This document shows positions 12,429-26,462 of a stretch of DNA of 64,000 nucleotides, in pieces. The notes under the pieces are model-generated. The model saw only the letters and a program-made list of their open reading frames with translations. It searched no databases and had not been told where the DNA came from. Within the stretch, counting starts at the first letter, position 1, and each line of letters opens with the position of its first letter. The position numbers were made by a program, and so were the translations under genes. Location: positions 16,120,001 through 16,184,000 of the forward strand of contig OZ286472.1 of assembly GCA_965644265.1 (NCBI GenBank), read 5' to 3'. The DNA comes from Glycera tridactyla (taxonomy: Eukaryota).

Positions 12429-15375
12429 TAAGATACCAGGAAATGGTATAAATCATACATATGCTGAGAATGTTCATGAAAAAAACAGGTGTTTTGTTCC
12501 GGTGCTGATGTTGATGACCTATCCATTATTCCGATATTTGATTCAGTCATTACATAAGATATATAGTAGCGACTGAAGCAACACACCCCTGTTTTGTATC
12601 CGGTGTATATCCATGCTGCTTTTCACCAGCGAAGGTATATTCATCGTCATTACAAAACAGTGGAATTAGTGAATATCGCCACTTTGTTGTGGCCACAAGA
12701 GTGTGAAGATCATCATTACAGCCATGTTTTTCATTATTACCGCTTCACCAGTGCAGTTGTTATAAAGCACGCTTTATCAGTGATAGAATATCATACAAAT
12801 ATCAGTGCAACATGAAATACTATCATCACAAACCTTTGTGTATGCTTTCATGAAGAGAGAAATTAATTTGGAACAGATTATGTCCCTGTTGCTTCTCAAA
12901 CCACCGTCTTGTTTTCATGTATAATCTCCAATTCATGATCCCATAGACATCTATCAGCTTATGTATTCTGGTTATCAAGATATACAAGGAAAGATTATCA
13001 TAAAAGCATGCAGGATTGTCAGACTTTTCCAGAAACTTTGGAGGTTTCACTTGTTCTCAGGGATTGACCTGGGAAACCGTTCTTTTCTTCAAGAGGAAAT
13101 CATTATACAGTAAAACCTGTCTTAAGTGAAAAGTCACGGGACCAAATTTTTTTTTCACTCAAGACAGGATTTCACTTAGCACAGGATTTCACTACTGTTT
13201 GTCTGATATGGATAATTAATACAGTGAAACTTACCATGAGCGATCACCTCTCTTGAACGAGCACTTTTGTTTGCCAAAATACCAGATACTTCTTGAATGA
13301 CCTGTGACAAGTGATCACCTCTCTAACATGACCAGCCACCGGCCTAAATGGTAGAAATTACCTGCAATACGCATTGTAGAACTGCTCACAATTGAGCTGA
13401 TCTCAACTTCATTTTTCACTTATGACAGGATAGAAGGCACCGCGGGACCAAAAATGGTGTTTCACTGTTCAGGTCAGACAGTTTTTTTGCCTAATCCAGG
13501 ACAATTATAGTGAAAAAACAGTTGGGCGGTCCGTGGCGTATGTGCTTAAGACAGGATTTCACCTAGCACAGGTTTTCACTCAAGCAGGTTTTGATGTACT
13601 AGCAATCACCAGTCATCAGAATCAGCCCCGAGCTTCAATATCAGCTTTCAGCCAGTCACTAAGTAAAATACTCTGAAGCTCCATAACTAACCTTCTGTTT
13701 CAGTAATATGTTCTGCCATCCGTCAGGAAGATTGCCAAATGACTCAATGAGATATCACTACAGTGGATCCTGCAATGAGAGACGACCTATAATGGGAGAC
13801 TGCTTCTCATGGCAGCTTTTTTAGTTGGCATAGTCAAGTGTACCTCTGATGAGGAAGCACCTCTTTTGAGAGACTACATTTTTGTGACTTGCTGTCTGTT
13901 ACTGAAGGGAAACCTCACTCCTCATTGCTCTGTATGATAACTGCACTCGAAGTTGGGAAACAGCACCTACAGGCTTTCATGATATGTCCATCAGGCACAT
14001 GTAACTCAATATACATCGATAAGATATTGATACAGTGGAACCTGCTGTAAGTGACCTCCCTCATGAGAGACTGCCTGTCTTGTGGGATCATTGTCCATGA
14101 TAACTTTGTCTATTTGACACGGTCAATGGGAGTTTTTGTTGGCATTCAGGCAGGTGTCTCATGGCTGGTTCCTCGGTATTGTCTCACAAAAGTGCTGAAT
14201 GGCAAATAGAAACTGCATTGATGTGCCAAAAGGGTCTTTATCTTTTTCTTAGTCCAGAAAGCCTTGCAAATTAAAATTTTAACCAACAAACTGACCAATA
14301 GATAAAACTGGTGGACGCAACATTGTTTCTATCTCAATTATACCACGATTGATGTACACCTTGGAAACTCCCAGAGATTCTTCTTGGTAGAGTGTCTGAT
14401 AAGCTAGTATGTAGAATAAGACAGATAGAGGTAAGTGTGGCCATGTGATGCCGGTGAAGAATGGTCGTCCAGGTCTCAGGAGAGGCGGTAAATAAGGTGA
14501 GATGTGGCGCACGAGGCTGGAGGTCAGCATTCAGCCAGCCTGAATAGTGAGTAAATGGTCGACGCTCCGACCACTGCATCATGCGGTAAATTACAGCATA
14601 GTAGAAACTGTAGCAGTGTACCAATTATTATGGCCTGTAGATCAGCTGAGCTGCTTTACTGCCACATTTGCCATAAATCACCAGAACATCACCAAAATCA
14701 CCCTGATCTGAATAAATATATTAAAAATGATAGTAATGGATTTCAAATAGACTTTGCTAATTCATCACAGCTGACTTGCCAAGAATATGCACATTCATGA
14801 ATACACCAAATATGTGTGTCTGAAAAGACAGCTAAATTCACTTGGCAACCTTTCCCCATGTAGGATGCCTTTGTGTACTGTGATACACAGATGCTTTTGC
14901 CATCATGCTTTTAGGGTGTCTAGACCCAGCTACCTGATGCCTGAAGGGGACAAAATATTCAGCTCCTGTAAATCAGGAATGTGCAGCATACCTAATCCCA
15001 TAGGATGATACATGCCAACAAAGTACTCAATCAACCAATCAACAAAGTACTCAATCAACCAATCAATATATTCGTTTGTCAGATGTTTTATTGTTGATGA
15101 ACAGTCATACTCAATTGAAAACGTGTCCTCTCTATATTTAGAAATATCTCATATGAAATTATGATGAACATTCATTTTCATAATCCTCATCAATAAATGA
15201 TACATGGTAATCCCTTTCATGACAGATGGCTTTCTTGTAGAAGAATTATACTTCAGCTGACTATGGCGCTATCGAAATTTAAGCCAGAGGCATACGATGA
15301 AATGAATAAACTTCATTCAGTTTCCTGACACCAGATTTACACAATGTGTATTTGGCTCATGATGAGCATTATCTG

Positions 15376-15450
15376 GATGGCTCAGCGCAATACTAGGCTT
15401 ACTCAGTATTTTGTCTAAAGTGAGTTAGTCTAGTATTGCGCTGAGCCATC
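15376..15450. repeat. 75-nt foldback with a perfect 21-bp stem
   Basis: GATGGCTCAGCGCAATACTAG / CTAGTATTGCGCTGAGCCATC plus a 9-bp imperfect extension. Confidence 0.95.
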
Positions 15451-15699
15451 GATCTAACATATGCAAGAAGGAAAAAAGGGAAACATTTTGAGCATATGTA
15501 CATTGGCTTACTCATCATTGCTCTTATTTTTATTTTTCTGTGAGTTTTCAAACGGATGTGGTGAGGGATGTCCAAGACAGGCTGAGTTGTTGTCACTTAT
15601 TTGTCAAAGCTAATCACATTTGAGGTTCATCTATGAGCAAGTAGTGATCTCATCTCTCACCATGACCCCATTCATATTTGAAAGTGTAATGCAATTAGG

Positions 15700-16420
15700 T
15701 TTACCATTCAGCAAGTTTTATTGAAAGATTGCCGCATGGCTCATCTCCATGAAATACATGTCTTGTTTAGCCGGGTGTAGTCCAGAAGGTGCTGCGCTAT
15801 GCAAAAAAAAAACATTGCTATCAGGCTCCAGTGTTAGCTTCCAGCCAGTTACATAGTTGCATATGCCATCATTAGATTCAGCTTGTTCATGAAGTTTAGG
15901 TAGAGGTGTGTCTGAACTGTCTGCTACTTCCACTTGATAACCTTCCAGGTTCCCCATCATCTTGGGTTCAGGGTTTGTGAGAGAGATGTCTGCAGGGGAG
16001 AGAACATCTAGCTTTCATTGACCAGGGACACACAGCATACATAACTCTAGGGTTGATACATGCCGTTAAACCACAAACAAACGAAACAAAGTAGTCCAGA
16101 AGATATGTACCGGGAGCGTTGGTATATATCCCATTTTGGAGACGTACAGTGGAATTGTTTGACTGTTCTGAATGATTGATGTGCTTTCAGCTTGTCAGAT
16201 CCTGCATTCTCCGAAACCAAATGTTATTCCTCAATTCAAGTGCTGCGCTTTGCTCAAAGTAAGGCATTGCTATCAGGCTTGAGTGTCAACTTCCAGCCAG
16301 TTATATAGTTGGATATGCCATATCAAGCTCCACCATGTTCATGTTAGATTGAGGTGTGTCTGAACACTGACCAGGAATACATAATTCTTGGGTTGATACA
16401 GACCGTCAAATGTCAAACAA
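15700..16420 (-). mobile_element. Two diverged copies of a decayed LINE RT segment
   Basis: GICNYVTGWKLTLEPDSN vs GISNYITGWKLTLKPDSN, with synonymous differences (CTA/TTG, CTG/CTC). Resembles the post-YADD W.L.LNP.K region. Confidence 0.5.
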
Positions 16421-17634
16421 TCAATCAATCAGGTTCTTCAAGCTCATGGTCTTCCCGATGCTCCTTTTATAGCTATCCTTGGGTGTGAGGTTAGATTTCA
16501 GAGGGTCACAACCCTGTACCTATGATTGGATTTTGAATCCCATACTGCACAGACAGGAAGAATCACTCCTCTGAAAGTAAATTCACTTTCCTGGAAGTGT
16601 CTAAATTCCAAGACTGACTACACCATTATGTAGTGAAGTATACATAGATGGCAAGGAGTTGTTTTGTTGGAGGTCATAGCATGATCACATATAGGAATAT
16701 AGTACACCAGAAATCTGTAGCAAGATGGAATTGACAATGATGGCACCGAGAACAAACACTAATATAAAGGATATCAACTGACAAACAATCGTTCACTGAG
16801 TCAATCAAACTGACGCAAGGACATGCACACTCCTAATATGGTTTCACAGCAGAAATTCATAGCAAATAAATAGTCTATCCCATATCCATGGGTGAAACGG
16901 ATATAGGCTTCACAAGACCTAAAAGTGAGTGAGATGAATTGGATATGAACAGTGAGAGTATTCAACAGTCATGGTTTTGTGCTTTTGCATCGCCAATACC
17001 ATGGAAGTATAACACTTTTGTGGACTTTCAAATTCACATTGATAATATGTAAACAGACACTGCCTCTAGTTGTTTAGATATGATGTTACCCCAAAGTGAC
17101 AACAAACACAGTTCCATGAGACGATTTCATAATCATCATCAGCAGCGACACGCATTGATAATTGACGTATGCCAAATTGACAAATACTTCAATATATCGA
17201 CATCATGACCGGTCATTCAATTGATTGGTTAGGTGTATCGAGTAATGCTATGCATCTATTCAACCTAGACATCATGCAACTGAGGAATCGCATTGGATTT
17301 CTATTACTGGCACAGTGAAACCCATGACAAGAGACCCCCTGATGAGAGTCCACCTCTGATGGGAGACTGCTGTTTCAGGACTGCTTTTCTATTTCACATA
17401 GTCAAATATTCATTTGACAAGTGACCACCTTGTTTGATGGACCAATTTTTGCTGGCATTAGGGCAATATCTCATCACTGGTATTTCTGTAATAGTGTGCA
17501 TTCAAATTTCCTGGGGCTACCCTGGCAATGCTGTTGATCATCACATGAATTGAGATCTCCATTCCCTGCAGCAAGTGATGGGAAGGAAGGACATTTTTAT
17601 GCTGGAGTCAAGGAATATTTCACTATTCAGATCA

Positions 17635-17780
17635 AAATCATTTTCGCTCACTTCGGAACAATGTTTTGAAACAGTCAACACGTTTCGACCACTCTACAAG
17701 CAGTCTTGATCACTTGATGGGTCATTGGTCACAGCTCAAAACATTGCTCCAAAGTAAGTGAAAATGATTTCAACATGAAT
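17635..17780. repeat. Foldback element with 35-bp imperfect inverted arms
   Basis: AAATCATTTTCGCTCACTTCGGAACAATGTTTTGA matches the reverse complement of the right arm at 31/35; all differences are transitions. Confidence 0.85.
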
Positions 17781-18319
17781 CATCTTGGAACCAAGAACAA
17801 TCTATTTGCTACCACTATTCAGATGTTGGGAGCACATTCATAGGAGCATTTATCATCAGCAATTCTGTGGCAAATGACCAAAAATGTATGGTTAAGTGGA
17901 GAGATTGCACCTCAGCCCAGGTTCATCACTCATTGTTAGGCTGTGCCTGTGTAAATAATAGGTAAAATAAGACAAATAAATGAATTTCATTATGATGATT
18001 CGAAGATATATTGTGGAAACCCATGTTTGTCTTCCACACTCTTGGATGAACTGTCCATAAATTAGATGCAATAAAGCTGTGTTTGCCCAGCAGCTGGACT
18101 CTGCTCCTGTTGAGAGCATTTTTGTCAAGATGCTACCAGCACTTTATAAGCAAACACTTGCGGCAATTCCCTGGGCCAAACGAATTCCCTCATTTCAACT
18201 ACTACACCGTGTTGAGCAGCATCAACTTCAGGATTGTGTGTTGGCTATAGTGAGTTACACGATTGTTCTGATCATGAACATCTGTTTTTATTTCAGAGTT
18301 AGTGAATGGTGACACAGTA

Positions 18320-18497
18320 TAGTGAAACCTGTCTTGGGAGACCCCTCTTTTGGGAGATCACCCGCTAATGGGAGACTGCTCATTATCGGCTCTTCTCTAT
18401 TTGACATAGTCAAATATACCTCCTATGAGAGACAACCTGTCTTGAGAGACCACTTTTCATTGGCGTTTGGGGCGGTCTCCCAAGACAGGTTTTACTA
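18320..18497. mobile_element. MITE family A, close copy of 7835-8012
   Basis: High internal identity to 7835-8012; terminal bases mutated. Confidence 0.88.
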
Positions 18498-21203
18498 CAT
18501 TTCAATCAGTGGAGGTAGACTGAGATCCTGATAGGGAATACACTCTGGATGGCCAGAGATTCAGGAATATTGACAAGATACAAGATACAATTTTTTTATG
18601 TAGACAGGTGTATACAGAATAATGCAATATAACAAAAATAATCTTAGGTTCTTATGAGTTGAACTTTCTCCATACCCTGCCAACTCACACAAAATATGTC
18701 TTATTCAAAATTTGAAATGCTGAAAGATTGTTTCCAAAAATAACAACATTTTCTGATTTCTGAAATATATGGTCATGATGTTCAAGATCAGAACAGATGT
18801 ATAACTTACCATGGTAAACATCAAGAGAGATATACAGTTTCATAGCATTCAAAGACCACAATGCAGCTTTATATTTTGATTGTAGCAACACTGATAACCA
18901 CACATATGATTTGTTTGAAAAAAATTGTGATGAACGACCATAGAATTCAATAGCTATCTATTTCTGAATTCATCAGGAATCGATATCTGTGTTTGAATAT
19001 ACCTACTGTAATGCAGACACAATTTATCATATTATGTGGGATACAGTTGGCTACCTTAGTCACGGTAGAAGCTATCTAATGACTAGTCCGTGTCTCTGGC
19101 ACTTTGATGAGCAAAAGGGGCAGGGAGATTAGAAAGATGCTCTTTCGAAATCTAGAAGGGACAAGGACATCAGAGAAATGCTTTCTTGAAATATATATTG
19201 AAGTCCTTATTTCACTGCAGTCATCAGAAATGGACTGTGGGGCATGGAATTTGATGATCGTGACATCACTTATGGAACTGTGACTGTTGCAGTCAGTATA
19301 ATAGTCATGACTGCATGTGGGATGAATTGGGTTCTTCTATTTTATTGCATACTGCCTTTTTATGACATTTCTTTAGGTTCTCAGCTTTTTGATTACCAGA
19401 TTCCCATCAGCGTTACCAGCTGCCTAGCAACAGGTGAATTGCTTCCTTCCTGGTAATAACTTGCCAGTCTTTACCACTACGCAGTCTCTAGGAAACACTC
19501 CCGATAGTCCTATGACCCAGCCTCTTCCTATGTGGGACGTGATGAGTGATTTCCATACTTTGTACACCAGAAAAGTTCAAAACTTGTGAGAAGAATGTCT
19601 ACCTGTGCTTATTGAACTTCCCTGAGTAGCATTGACTGCCTTTCAAACTGGTTCATATCTTTTCTGGGTGCTATGAAAGTGTTAATCAGTGGAAATTATG
19701 ATAATATAGATCATAAATATGACATCGATGATAGTAATGACATTTCCACTTTGAATGTACTAAAATATTCATTTCTAAGAACTTATGCAATTCTTGGGTC
19801 AAATTGCACAAAAATATCCAACGAACCATGAAGTTGCATCATCATAATTGCATAAGGAATGAATTCGGATGAGAAGAAATAGTCGTCCTCAGGACTAATG
19901 CCAGGCAAACATGGCGCTAGGTCAAAATGTATGATTATCAGAATGAATGAGGGATATGCTAGCTGCTATGATTATGGTTGCCATGGTATTTTATGTGAGA
20001 CATGCATCATAAAAAAAGCCCCTTATTGTGCCAATATGTCCATATCATTCTCTTGGTCTTGAGTATAGACATCTTTCTCAAATACAGAATACCAATCAGA
20101 ATTCGAAAAGAAAAATATACACAACGGTGCACATTTTAGCAACAATTCCCACTACATATTGAAGAAGCATGGTTCTGTCACATCCCTGTAAATAGCAGGA
20201 ACTGGATGTTTATGTACATGGAAACCTATGATGAGAGACCGCCCCAAATGTCATAAAAATGTAGTCTTTCAAAAGAGGTAGTCTCTCATCAGGGCTATAT
20301 TTGAAAATTTCAGATAGAGAAGCTTGCCTGAAATAGCAGTCTCCTGTTAAAGGTGGACTCTCAGAGGTCTCTGATTGCAGGTTTGACTATAACAATATCA
20401 ACACTTTCTTCTTGAGATACTTATGATCATAAAAAGATGTGGGGGTTTTATCACAGATATGATAAATCCTATCCACCATGCATCAATATATGATCCAGCG
20501 ATAACTTCTAATGCAGTCGGGTCTGTGCCCCATCAAGAATGATCATTATAGAAAAAGCATCATGTACTTGTATTCACTTACATGTCCAATTTGCACAGAA
20601 ATATCATTACGTGGTGAAAGGGCCTCGTTGAAACCCGCTGTAATCATCTTCATTAGTGAGAAACATGTTGTGCTGGTGAGTGGAGAGAGTTTATATGCAC
20701 TCTTTGCTGGCCTCCATGATTTCCTCTCCATTCTTCATCAAGGTATCTGTCCCCTGAGAATGTTCATCACAAAGAATCATTAGGGACTATTACTGGCTGA
20801 GACATTTACACTGCATGGGAATATCATCACAACCTGATTGTCTATCTCAGTAAAATTCTTTTAATATCTTCGTTTGGAGAAAGTTTGTTCAGCTGGCTGA
20901 TAGAATCGGTTGTATGTACACTCTCCAGGGCTGCCATCTTGTTTTCATCCATATTCTGCATAGATATGAACATAGACGGAGGCACTCTTTATTTAGACCA
21001 GCAAGAAATGCAGCATGTACAATATTATTGATTGAGTATGGCTTAATGTCTCTTCAACCCAGACAGGATAATTGGAGACTGAATATTTGACCCTGTCAGA
21101 TGAAACAGCCCGTGTTTGAAGGTGGTTTATCATCACAATCTCTCTCTGTGGTCTCTAGTTGCAGGTTCACTGTAGTATGAACTCAGGTGATACCAGAATC
21201 AAC

Positions 21204-21556
21204 CAGGGTTCCCTCTATAGATTAGCGCTTTAGCGATAGCTAATCCATTGGGATAAATGCTAAAGAAAAATTTAGTTTGCTAAAATAATTCGCTGAGATA
21301 ATTTTCCAATCCTGATGGCAGAAAAGTGGTGGTGGGGGTTTATTGTGAGAGAATTTCTGATTAATTTCATTTGTTTTAATGAAAGAAATGCAATAGAAAT
21401 TTATTTGGTATAAGAATGCCATTAATTTTCCATTTTGGTGAGCTGGTTCAATGAAATGCTCTCTGCTTCCAACCTAGAGCTTTCTGAATTGCTAAAATTA
21501 TTTCCAATTTGCTAAGATCATTTGCTAAAAGACTTTTCTTCCAAGAGGGAACCCAG
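21204..21556. mobile_element. CAGGG-ended MITE, probable 5-bp TSD
   Basis: TIR CAGGGTTCCCTCT matching 12/13; flanks TCAAC and TGAAC. Confidence 0.7.
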
Positions 21557-21559
21557 TGA

Positions 21560-24500
21560 ACTGTCAGTAAGGAATGCCGGCATGGACTATCAGATGATTT
21601 GGTTTTGAAAGCTTTCTAGATATACAGTATTCTGTGGTGAGACATGAGCTCTACATTTAGTATTGCTCGCTCTCTTGCATCATGTTCAAATGTAATTGTG
21701 AGTGGTTTTTCGCTGCGGAGAATATTTCCCATAAAACTGCCGAGTGGTCATGTTTGGCCATTCTTCAGAGAAGATTCTAGACGGTCAACTTTTGGTAATA
21801 AACAGGAACGTGTTGTTGGAGGACAGGTTGTTGCTCATTGTGGCTCGTTTGTGTGCGGCTCTTCTGCCAGAGGCCATATATTCCAGAGAGAAGGAGGTAA
21901 TGGTGGCAAGAAGTGATTAATATATGCCGTACATATGATCATTTTTTCATCTGACACCGGCTTCCGAGGTGGTATATTCACTTAAGTGAATGTTTACCAT
22001 TCTGAAGGATGAGAATGCCCTTAGGGACCATATATTTGTGTAAGAACAATTAGGACATGCGGTAGGGAGCTGCATTGTTCTCGGGCTGATATATGAGGAA
22101 GAATGGCATATGCAGTGCGATGAAGGCAGTCTATGTACAACCTATGTCTAGTCCCAAACTACTTGTCTTTGCCATCCGGCGCTATCCAATGTTTATTATT
22201 CACCTTCAAGATATTTCTTATGAGTCTTAACTTGCTGAAATATCAAAGTGCTGTTCGTTAATTCTTCCATTCCTTGAATTATGTTGGAAGAAGAAGCCAA
22301 GCAACCATGATGTAGCATTTGTGTACTTTTGAGAAAAAAATTTCAAGATTCTTTGGACTGAAAGAAGTCAAGTGTTTGCCAATCCAGAGAATACAACCTT
22401 TTAGCAATCTTTTATTTTTGAAATTCTAGTTTGGATGAATACTTCATTGCGGTTGCTACAGTGTTCTGTGGTATTGAATAATTTGACAATATTCCACTCT
22501 CTTTTACTCTGGAAGAGTGCTCCATTGTAGTTCTTGGATGTGATTTGGTATTATTCATAATTGACCAAAAATCTTACGAAATATAGAGCTGGAAAAAAAA
22601 TGCTGTACTAGACTCACAATAATTATTGTAGGATCAGGTAGAAGGCACTTTCCGGATCCTATCCAAGAGATTATTTGTCACGCACAACTCTTTCCCATGA
22701 GCACCAAATCAAGACAATTTGGTAACGCACTTCATCTCAAATTGAATTTTGTGGAGCCTGATGGAAATGAAGGAAAAATAACATATCATATCTTGGTCAG
22801 AGGTAGGCAAGTGTAGGATTTGGGTTTAGGGAATCATACTATTGCCTCCCCATTTGAATTTGCCTTCTACTCGGAAGGCAAAGCTCTCGTCAACTGTTGA
22901 TACTATGAAACTGTATTTTATCACCTAGTAATGAGAGACTACCTCTGATGAGAGATTACTTTTGCTGCATGGCTGTTTGATATAGTCAAATAAATCTTCA
23001 ACAATGGCCTTCCTCTTTACGATTCCATGTTTTCTGGCATTTAGATGACAATGGTGATATCAGGAATGAGCTTTCCGGTATCATGACGATACATTCCAAA
23101 ATTCGATGGTGACGAAGTGGGTCTTGTGTTTTGCCTTGTAGCATTGAGTTTAGATGCCAGTTCAGTGTCTGAGCAGAGAAAGAATTACAGTGAAGAGGGT
23201 GGCATGGTCAACGGCATCATTTCCAGGTTCAGTCAATCATATTTTTGGAAGACATTGTAGGTGTTTTTCAAGGAGACGAGACAGTAGAAATTGGTGTAGG
23301 GATTGACAACTTAAGACAGATAGAGTAGGCAATGTCTGAGAATGTAATCGATGTTATATAAAATGATGATTGAGCATAGGAACAACTGCACCTTCCTTGA
23401 TCTGATGTTTATTTCAAATTCTCTTGTCCAATACATTCAGATTATAGCCATGCCATTGTTTATGTAGTATATTGTAGTATATTATTATGTAATCCTGTCA
23501 AATTACAAAATGTAACTCAATTGTAGTGCAGACTAGGAGCCTGTTCGGTGACAAGAAGATTGACTTCAGGCCAGTGAGCTGCAACATACTGTCTCCATGT
23601 ATCTCTGAGGATGAATATATGTATTACAGCACCATGGCTTTACTCAAGGACCTGTCCTATCAGCATAGGAAGGCAGATTGATTGTTAGGGCATGGAAATT
23701 TCACATGGGACAGATCGAATTTACTTTCAAGAACCGAGTATGTTTATTACCAGATCTTACAGGTTGGTTTGGAACACCAGCAGAATTATCTATGGAAACC
23801 ATCATCATGGGGTACATCCAACTTCAAACATCTTCATGATGTGATTTGCCCACAAGCCCTGTAGACCTCCTCATTGAGAGTGAATGTGTGGGCGGCTGAT
23901 GAATTGTATGTTTTTCTCACTCTCCGTGATGTTTTTGCCATTTTCTTATCCACCCTCATGATCACCTATGGACCTGGTCATTGAGGGCACACTGGTAACG
24001 ACATTGGAAAAACTCATCATGGACTAATGTATATAATGAAAGCCACAACAGATGACTCCTATCTGGAAAATATATGTGGTCTGATGGCCAATGAAGACAA
24101 ATTGTATGTGCTTCCTCTTCGTGTAGCTTGACCGGTCAGCAGTATGTTTTTGTCGTCGGCTGCTGGATCACAATGGTGATGAATCACGGGTGAATCAGCA
24201 GTACCTATCTGGTCGAGGCAATTAGAATAGCGCTATACTTCATGCTTGAGAAATTACAGTTGGACATAATCTTTGATCAATGAAGAAAAATGCCACCAAC
24301 ACATCCCACTCATGACAGGCTCAGCAACAGCAGGACCAGCTGAGGCAGAATTGGACAGGTCAACAGTGAAATACCACGCCGGGGTATCGTGCCTTTGAAA
24401 TCCATACCCTGAAGAAGGGGGACCTTTAAATTCCATACCCCTGAAGAAGTAAGACATGTTCTTTGATATCTCAATGTGATTGGCCTGTCAAGAAATGAAC

Positions 24501-24900
24501 TGTTGCCTTTATATAGCTTTATAAATGATATCTTCTTCATCAAAGGTCTCTGCCTCATCAGATACAATGATGAAATCTTGACCTGTACAAAACCTATATC
24601 TGGATGAGATCTCAGCCCTGATGATCGATCAGTGATGATAGTCTGGTAGAGATTTCATCCATCTTGTTTTCAAGATGGCCGCAGCAGCGGTGGGTGGTGC
24701 CAGCATGGCTTGCGTGCTCAATCCCTAGAGAATATTTTCGAGAATTGTTTTCACCTCAAGCTAGACGTTTACATCACTCGATTGTCATGACAATGAGCAT
24801 TCATGGCATCGAGTTGAGAAGTGAAGCTGACCATGATTGGTCATTCAAGAGAGGTGGTCGCTCATTAGAGGGTTGATCATAGGTTCTAATGTATCATGAT
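21560..24900 (-). mobile_element. Heavily decayed LINE, I/Nimb-like, interrupted by MITEs
   Basis: Scattered minus-strand translations (PHDDGFH, NNQSAF, SIFLSPNRLLV, ILKV..., LRAFSS) resemble I-clade RT segments; many stops and frameshifts. By-eye similarity only. Confidence 0.45.
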
Positions 24901-26462
24901 TAGGGAGAGACGTGTGTGACTGGAAGTAGATACTGTTCATGACACATGACAACCTTTTCATGATCCATTTCTATCATTGTCATACCCTGCAAGTTTCTCA
25001 CATGTCTCTCCCAACCAGATGAATGATAGTGAACATCATCATAGGATGGTAGTTACTTGAATCGTCAGTCTTTCCTGGATCTTCATCATGTGGTTGATGG
25101 TTGGGTCCAAAAACCTGGGTAGATATATTTACTGGGAGAAGAAATATGTTTTTTCATGCCAAAGGAGATGTATTACTCAGTTCCATCAGTGCTGCATTTG
25201 TGTGTGCCCTTCTCATGCTTCACCTGAGTTACCGTTCGCTCATCAGAGGTCTTTATGGAGATCATATCCTCAGTGTGAAAGATTGGTCATTGAAGAGAGG
25301 TTATGATGACGAATCATATGTGATGGGATTTCTTTTGGAAGAATTGTGGAGATTGTTTCTAGTTCTGACACAGATATGTCTGAAAAGGAGACAATACAGT
25401 AATTAGGAGACAATGCCTTAATTAGGTCTATATGGTTGAAGCAGTACAAAAATACTCAGAATGGTATATCTCTACCTCTGATGCTCTCACCACACTTGAT
25501 TACCTCAGATCATGCCCACCATCTTGTGCTTTGAAGCATTGTAATCAATGTTTTGTCAACACATGAAGATGACAGATATGATGCATAGCGAATAGGGATT
25601 GACAGGGCTTTAGATGTGGGAATGGCATGATTTTGTAAAAATGATCAAAGACCGATTAAAGACAAATATCTAATAGAGTTATGACCAAGACTTGATGATT
25701 GGTTCTGTTTGGCTAAAATGAACGGCAGTAAGATCAATTCCAATAGGGTGACATCAATTTATTGAAACTCAATTGGAATGATCACTTAATCATCAAGTGA
25801 ATAATCTTACCATCAATCTGAAGGATCTCAATGAACACACCACTCTATTTTACAGTGAAAATTTCCATTCAAACAACGTTTGAGGAGAGAATGGTTATTC
25901 CCTTCATCTATCATCTATCCATATCCATCTCAAACCTTGTCATCCTTTTTCTCTTTCTTTCAATTCCTTTTCTTAAACATTTTTGTCTAGGGCTAGAGTG
26001 TGAATACTGGTCTCTCAAAAAGGTGGCCTCTTGTCAGAGGTATACTTGACTATGTCAAATAGGTGAGCAGCCTACCCAGAGTCGTCTCCTGTTGGAGGTG
26101 ATCTCTTGTCAGGGGTCTCCAGTCAAATTATACCACAGCTATGACAATATGAGTGGATTATGCGGGTGTTGAATATAACTTGCAGAATCCACAGGCAGGG
26201 GGGCGTGGCACCCACGTGACCTTCGCTGCCGGACTACTTTCGCATCTCGAATCGAGAATGCGTACACGTGAGCGTGCGCATCGGGTTTTTATCGCGTGAC
26301 TGAGAACTATTTCAAGTTGGAATGTTTTTTTTTCACAGAGTTTCACTGGGATGAGCAATAAAAGTCGAACCTGTACGTAACGTATCTCGGCGATTTTTAA
26401 TTTTTTGCTCATGTTGTCTTTGTTTTGCGTGAGTTCGTATGCTCCGCTGACGAATGTCAACA

